A stretch of 64,000 nt of DNA from Anaerolineales bacterium (lineage in GTDB: Bacteria; Chloroflexota; Anaerolineae; Anaerolineales; Villigracilaceae). The DNA lies in contig JAXIPJ010000246.1 in NCBI GenBank assembly GCA_045402985.1, positions 2,264-66,263 of the forward strand, given 5' to 3'. Positions 59,533 to 64,000 of the stretch are shown piece after piece. The translations under genes and the position numbers were made by a program. The notes under the pieces were generated by a model, which was given only the letters and a program-made list of their open reading frames with translations, ran no database searches and was not told where the DNA came from. How positions within the stretch are numbered: position 1 is the first letter of the stretch; each line of letters opens with the position of its first letter.

Positions 59533-61681
59533 CTGTCTTTTCGATGGTTTTTGGCGTATTTCTGTTCCTCACTACTCTTATGACCCATAAAGTAAGAACG
59601 ACTAGAAGTAGAGCTGTTCCTACTGCAACCAATGCTGGCACCAGAAATGCCTGACCACCCTTCTGTAAAATTGGACCAATAAATGGAATATTACTTGCAT
59701 CAGCGATCTGCTGAAAAAGTGCGAGTGGGGATTCCTGACTGGGCACTTCTCCTGACGAGTCGCTTCGATTTGCTGAGCCAACAACCATTAAATTGCCTGC
59801 AAATTGTGCTTGTGAAGCGGGATTCAGAATCACATCCCATGTCCACTCCATTCCTTGTTGGTCATTTCCAGTTAGAATCAGGACGGTTCCTCCTTTTATC
59901 CAGGGCGAAGGAATAATCTGCATTAACCCTAAACTCGCATCTTTGTCTGAAGTGGGAAGATAGATCCCATAGCCATCCTGCAGGGAATTTCCATCCTGGG
60001 TAAATGGCTGCGGTAACAAATCATTTGTGCTTCTGGTCGCTGAATTTTGAGAAGGCAGGCCGACCAGGATAACATTGCGTTGTTTTGTCTCATTTTGCAT
60101 AAAGTTACTGGCAGTCATTACCTGAGGAGGGTAGTTAAGTGGGTAGGCGGACCTTCCCATCATGAATGATAATCTCGAGATAGAGCCAAGATCATCTTGA
60201 TCATATTGATCTGGAACAACGTAGGTAAAGCCAGGGTAATCACTAAAAGGCAGAGGAAAATGCTTTAAGGAAGGAATAGGAGATCGGTTTCGGTAGGTTA
60301 CTTCCAGAGTAGAATTATTTAATATGGTAGCCCATACCGATTCTGGTGCACGCTCGCAAGAGCTATAAGGAACATGCAAATCAAACTTTATACGTATAAA
60401 GTTTATACCTGGGCGGAATTTGCTTGCCGGGAGGCCAACCGTAATGGGTTCCCCGGTTGAACTGCGAGCCGTCGGTAATATGCCTGCTATACTGAAACCA
60501 TTTAGATAAACGGTAAAAGAGGAATTTTGAATATCCAAATCTGGAGCATGAACTAACACAAGGTTCAGTTTTACCAAAGCAGGATCAACGTCGTATGGAA
60601 CGTATAGGCTGTAAATAAGATTCTGCTGGCCGATGCCTCTTACTGTGCGATCAAGATATCCCAAGTCTTCCAACGAAAGGTCGTTCGGGAAAGGTGGAGG
60701 CATCAGCGGAGCCTGGTGATCTACATAGGCCACATTTCCGTGCAATAAAACACTTCTGGCAGGATCACTGAATACCATTGCAGGGCTAAAGCCGTCCTGT
60801 CTATTTTGGTCGCCAAGTATCATCACTGCATAGCCCTGGGCCCATGGCGATGGAAGCAGCGCAATGTAATTTTTATCACTACTCGCCGTATCCTGCAACT
60901 CAGTTGGACCGTGACCAATAAAAATAACATTACGGTTGGCTGAGATATTAGGGTTGAACTGACCCTCAGTCACAATTTTTGGATGCCAGTTATATCTAAT
61001 ATCACTAGTGCTACCCAATATATAAGATATGGTAGATAAGGACGTTAGATCGTCCTGCGTGCTATTTTCTGGCAGGACAATCAACGTCTGCCTCTTATCT
61101 TCATTTGGCAGATACCTTTCCAATGGTTCAATAAGAACCTGTGGAAAAGTGGAAAGGTCAACTGACAGATCACGCCTGACAAAGGACAGGTGCAGCATTC
61201 CCCCAGGCTCAACTGTTAACCATCGCGAAGGATCATCCCAGTTTTGACAGTTCGTTTCCCGGTCGTCAGGCAAATACAAAGTGCCTGTGAATGTCAGCGT
61301 GTTGTTCCCCTGACTAAACATATTCGCCGGTATGAGGATTTTTTGTTTCGTATCTGCGATTTTTACAAGACTGTAGGAGCTAACCTGTAAGCCGTTGAGC
61401 GCGATGGTTATGGAGGACCTTTTCAAATCCAACAGAGAGCTTGCTAAAGTTTTAACTTCTATCCAGTTTTCTTCCCCCAGCAACCAACTCTGAGGGACAG
61501 GAATATTAAGTGTTTGACTACTAATGAGGCCAAGTAGCTCTACTGGTTGTTCGTCATGAAAGGTCTCTAAAGGAATCTCAACAAAATTTTGGTCTTGGGC
61601 ATAAGCATATTTCTGAGGAACCAGGAAAGCAGAAAAAAGGGAAACATAGACAACAATTTGATAGAACTTATGTCTATTCAT
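59525..61681 (-). CDS. BcsB-like (cellulose synthase subunit B) extracytoplasmic protein
   Basis: Signal peptide, two repeated units (SSITIALNG..GNNTL..C..W; SSFTVYLNG..GINFI..C..WATI), FPLPF, SPW motifs, C-terminal TM anchor. Confidence 0.8.
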   Translation of the reverse strand: MNRHKFYQIVVYVSLFSAFLVPQKYAYAQDQNFVEIPLETFHDEQPVELLGLISSQTLNIPVPQSWLLGEENWIEVKTLASSLLDLKRSSITIALNGLQVSSYSLVKIADTKQKILIPANMFSQGNNTLTFTGTLYLPDDRETNCQNWDDPSRWLTVEPGGMLHLSFVRRDLSVDLSTFPQVLIEPLERYLPNEDKRQTLIVLPENSTQDDLTSLSTISYILGSTSDIRYNWHPKIVTEGQFNPNISANRNVIFIGHGPTELQDTASSDKNYIALLPSPWAQGYAVMILGDQNRQDGFSPAMVFSDPARSVLLHGNVAYVDHQAPLMPPPFPNDLSLEDLGYLDRTVRGIGQQNLIYSLYVPYDVDPALVKLNLVLVHAPDLDIQNSSFTVYLNGFSIAGILPTARSSTGEPITVGLPASKFRPGINFIRIKFDLHVPYSSCERAPESVWATILNNSTLEVTYRNRSPIPSLKHFPLPFSDYPGFTYVVPDQYDQDDLGSISRLSFMMGRSAYPLNYPPQVMTASNFMQNETKQRNVILVGLPSQNSATRSTNDLLPQPFTQDGNSLQDGYGIYLPTSDKDASLGLMQIIPSPWIKGGTVLILTGNDQQGMEWTWDVILNPASQAQFAGNLMVVGSANRSDSSGEVPSQESPLALFQQIADASNIPFIGPILQKGGQAFLVPALVAVGTALLLVVLTLWVIRVVRNRNTPKTIEKTDE

Positions 61682-61685
61682 TAAA

Positions 61686-62072
61686 TCACCTGTGGTTCCC
61701 ATTTCCCCCATTCCCAATCAACGCCTTGATCCTTAGCTTAAGTTCTTGAGGGTGGATGGGTTTAGTAATGAAATCATTTGCTCCTGATCCGAAAGCCGCT
61801 ACTTTTTGCTCGACATCTCCGATTGATGTAAAGAATACTATAGGGATGTGCATAAATTGGGACTTTGCACGCAGGTTTCTACAGACTTCGAGGCCGTCGA
61901 CATTTGGCATCATTAGATCAAGGAGAATTAGATCAGGTTTATGCGCCAGTGCCGCGGGGAGCGTGTCATAGCTATTATTAACTGATACTACATCATAACC
62001 CTCTTTGGAGAGAATAAATTCTAGCAGTTTGGTCGTGCCTAAATCGTCGTCAACGATAAGGATTTTTCCCAT
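61686..62072 (-). CDS. Single-domain response regulator
   Basis: KILIVDDD, PDLILLDLMMP, GANDFITKP; 4 nt upstream of the BcsB-like gene. Confidence 0.93.
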   Translation of the reverse strand: MGKILIVDDDLGTTKLLEFILSKEGYDVVSVNNSYDTLPAALAHKPDLILLDLMMPNVDGLEVCRNLRAKSQFMHIPIVFFTSIGDVEQKVAAFGSGANDFITKPIHPQELKLRIKALIGNGGNGNHR

Positions 62073-62257
62073 AGAAGTTCCATTCTATTTCTTCATGAAA
62101 TACAGGCACGATTCATGAATCTTGAGATACCTACCGTGCCACCCCTCGTATTTTGATGATAAGTCGTTTAACCGAACGTAATAGTCTCATACATGACGGT
62201 TAACTCTTGCGCGGGTTACGACCGAGACGGCTACTGATAGTGTAATGATATGATACA

Positions 62258-62298
62258 AATTAAACTATCCCAAGAATTTTCTTTGGGATAGTTTAATT
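62258..62298 (-). terminator. Terminator-like hairpin after ppdK
   Basis: AATTAAACTATCCCAA-N9-TTGGGATAGTTTAATT. Confidence 0.65.
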
Positions 62299-62305
62299 AT
62301 GTTCA

Positions 62306-64000
62306 TCACTTCTTCTTTACGCTCTTTTTGGCAACTTTTGTTTTTACCCTTGAAAGTCTGCTCTTTGCAGAAATTTTCTTCTTTGGTGTACCTGCCCTCT
62401 CCTGCGGACGATGCTTTAGAGCAGAATGCGCCGCGGAAAGGCGCGCTATTGGCACTCGGAACGGTGAGCACGAAACGTAATTATTGCCGATGATGTGACA
62501 CCATTCAATGGAGCTTGGGTCGCCGCCATGTTCGCCGCAGATTCCCACTTCAAGATCGGGGCGGCTCTTGCGACCCTCTGCAATGGCCCATTCCATCAAT
62601 TTGCCTACGCCATTGCGGTCCAGTGTCTGAAACGGATTCTGCTCCAAAATTCCCTGCTCCACATAAGTGACCAGGAAGTTGCGCTCGGCGTCATCACGCG
62701 AGTAACCATAGGTCATTTGTGTCAGGTCGTTGGTGCCGAACGAGAAGAATTCTGCGTGCTTCGCGATCTCTTCGGCAGTCACAGCCGCGCGCGGGATCTC
62801 AATCATAGTGCCGAATTTATATTCAAATTTGACTTTCTTTTCTTCCATCACGGTCGCCGCAATACGTTCCAGCCGCGGCTGAATCCATTCGAGTTCCTTC
62901 ACCGTACCTGTCAACGGGATCATCACTTCGGGCTTGACGACGATGCCGCGTTTGGTGCAATCTGCTGAGGCTTCGAAGATGGCGCGCACTTGCATTTCCA
63001 CGATCTCCGGCATCGAGATGCTCAATCGGACGCCGCGCAGTCCCATCATCGGGTTGGATTCATGCATCCCTTTGATGGCAGTCAGCAAGTCCTCTTTTTC
63101 TTTCAAGCCATCTGTTTCGCCTTTGACGCGCATAGTGATCACTTCTTCAAGGAGTTTCTCTTCATCCGGCATGAACTCATGCAGAGGCGGGTCGATCAAG
63201 CGGATGATGACCGGGTAACCGTCCATGGCTTCAAAGAGACCATCGAAATCTTTGCGCTGGTAGGGGAGCAGTTTATTAAGAGCGGCGGTACGTCCCTCGC
63301 TGGTTTCAGAGAGGATCATGTCCTGAACAATTGGCAAACGCTCGGGTTCAAAGAACATGTGCTCGGTGCGGCACAGACCGATGCCCACCGCGCCATAAGA
63401 GCGGGCGCGGCGCGCATCCTGTGGATAATCTGCATTAGCCCACACCTGGAGCCCGCGCGTTGGATACCCTTTGACGGGTGCCGCACGCATATCTTTGCGT
63501 GCACAGATGTCATCCGCCCATTTGAGCAGAGTTAATAATTCAGTTTGTTGTTCAAGCGATGGAGAGGTTGTGGGCATCTTTCCCAGGAAGACTTTGCCCG
63601 TTGTGCCATCCACGGAAATCCATTCGCCTTCCTTTACGACAGTCTCACCGACGGTCATGTGACGTTTTTCAAGATCGATCTTGATCGCCGAAGCGCCGAC
63701 CACGCATGGGATTCCGAACTGTCGCGCCACCACCGCCGCGTGCGATGTTGCTCCGCCTTCGCTGGTGAGCACGCCTTTGGATGCGATCATTCCATGTACA
63801 TCGTCAGGCTTCGTGAATGGACGCACCATGATGGTATCCTGCTTTTGCTCTTGTGCCATTTTTTGTGCAGTATCGGCATCGAAATATACCTGCCCGACTG
63901 CCGCGCCCGGAGATGCATTCACGCCTTTGCCAAAAAACTTCCCACTCTTTTCCGCGTCACCCATGGCGGCTTCATCGAACTGCGGATGCAGAAGAGAATC
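62306..64000 (-). CDS. ppdK: Pyruvate, phosphate dikinase (3' part; 5' end outside window)
   Basis: GGATSHAAVVAR, GIGLCRTEHMFF, RLIDPPLHEF, ESNPMMGLRG, FSFGTNDLTQ, GICGEHGGDP. Confidence 0.97.
   Translation of the reverse strand, partial: DSLLHPQFDEAAMGDAEKSGKFFGKGVNASPGAAVGQVYFDADTAQKMAQEQKQDTIMVRPFTKPDDVHGMIASKGVLTSEGGATSHAAVVARQFGIPCVVGASAIKIDLEKRHMTVGETVVKEGEWISVDGTTGKVFLGKMPTTSPSLEQQTELLTLLKWADDICARKDMRAAPVKGYPTRGLQVWANADYPQDARRARSYGAVGIGLCRTEHMFFEPERLPIVQDMILSETSEGRTAALNKLLPYQRKDFDGLFEAMDGYPVIIRLIDPPLHEFMPDEEKLLEEVITMRVKGETDGLKEKEDLLTAIKGMHESNPMMGLRGVRLSISMPEIVEMQVRAIFEASADCTKRGIVVKPEVMIPLTGTVKELEWIQPRLERIAATVMEEKKVKFEYKFGTMIEIPRAAVTAEEIAKHAEFFSFGTNDLTQMTYGYSRDDAERNFLVTYVEQGILEQNPFQTLDRNGVGKLMEWAIAEGRKSRPDLEVGICGEHGGDPSSIEWCHIIGNNYVSCSPFRVPIARLSAAHSALKHRPQERAGTPKKKISAKSRLSRVKTKVAKKSVKKK

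Overview
Bacterial chromosomal window whose gene content (LPxTG protein fused to a sortase, REC-PAS-GAF-HD-GYP proteins, paired FemABX genes, heptameric and palindromic small repeats) suggests Chloroflexota, probably Anaerolineae; this is an inference. The left ~15 kb is an AT-richer accessory region. It holds a tandem GGDEF-like/2H-phosphoesterase fusion, then the broken 5' end of an MmeI-like (type IIL/IIG) restriction-modification gene (3265-3475) and five degenerate direct copies of that gene family's 3' end (6965-7210, 8142-8306, 9017-9158, 10201-10367, 14151-14336). Between the copies lie small cargo blocks: ParB-like/Dam/HEPN trio, TIR protein, response regulator, 7TM protein, DUF3892/DUF2188 with a sigma-like/ImmA-IrrE trio, SnoaL, and a UGA-containing GDCCVxC selenoprotein candidate missed by the ORF track. 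The middle encodes c-di-GMP and two-component signalling, a 1887-aa self-sortase surface protein, an Rsb partner-switch trio, a surface-glycan/FemABX locus, enolase and a LysM protein. The right end has a poly-gamma-glutamate operon (pgsB, double-domain pgsC, two capA, hydrolases) unusually headed by a response regulator, a BcsB-like protein and a PelD-like degenerate GGDEF receptor, followed by the 3' part of ppdK. I saw no rRNA, tRNA, CRISPR array, integrase or transposase. All family calls come from motif recognition, not database searches.
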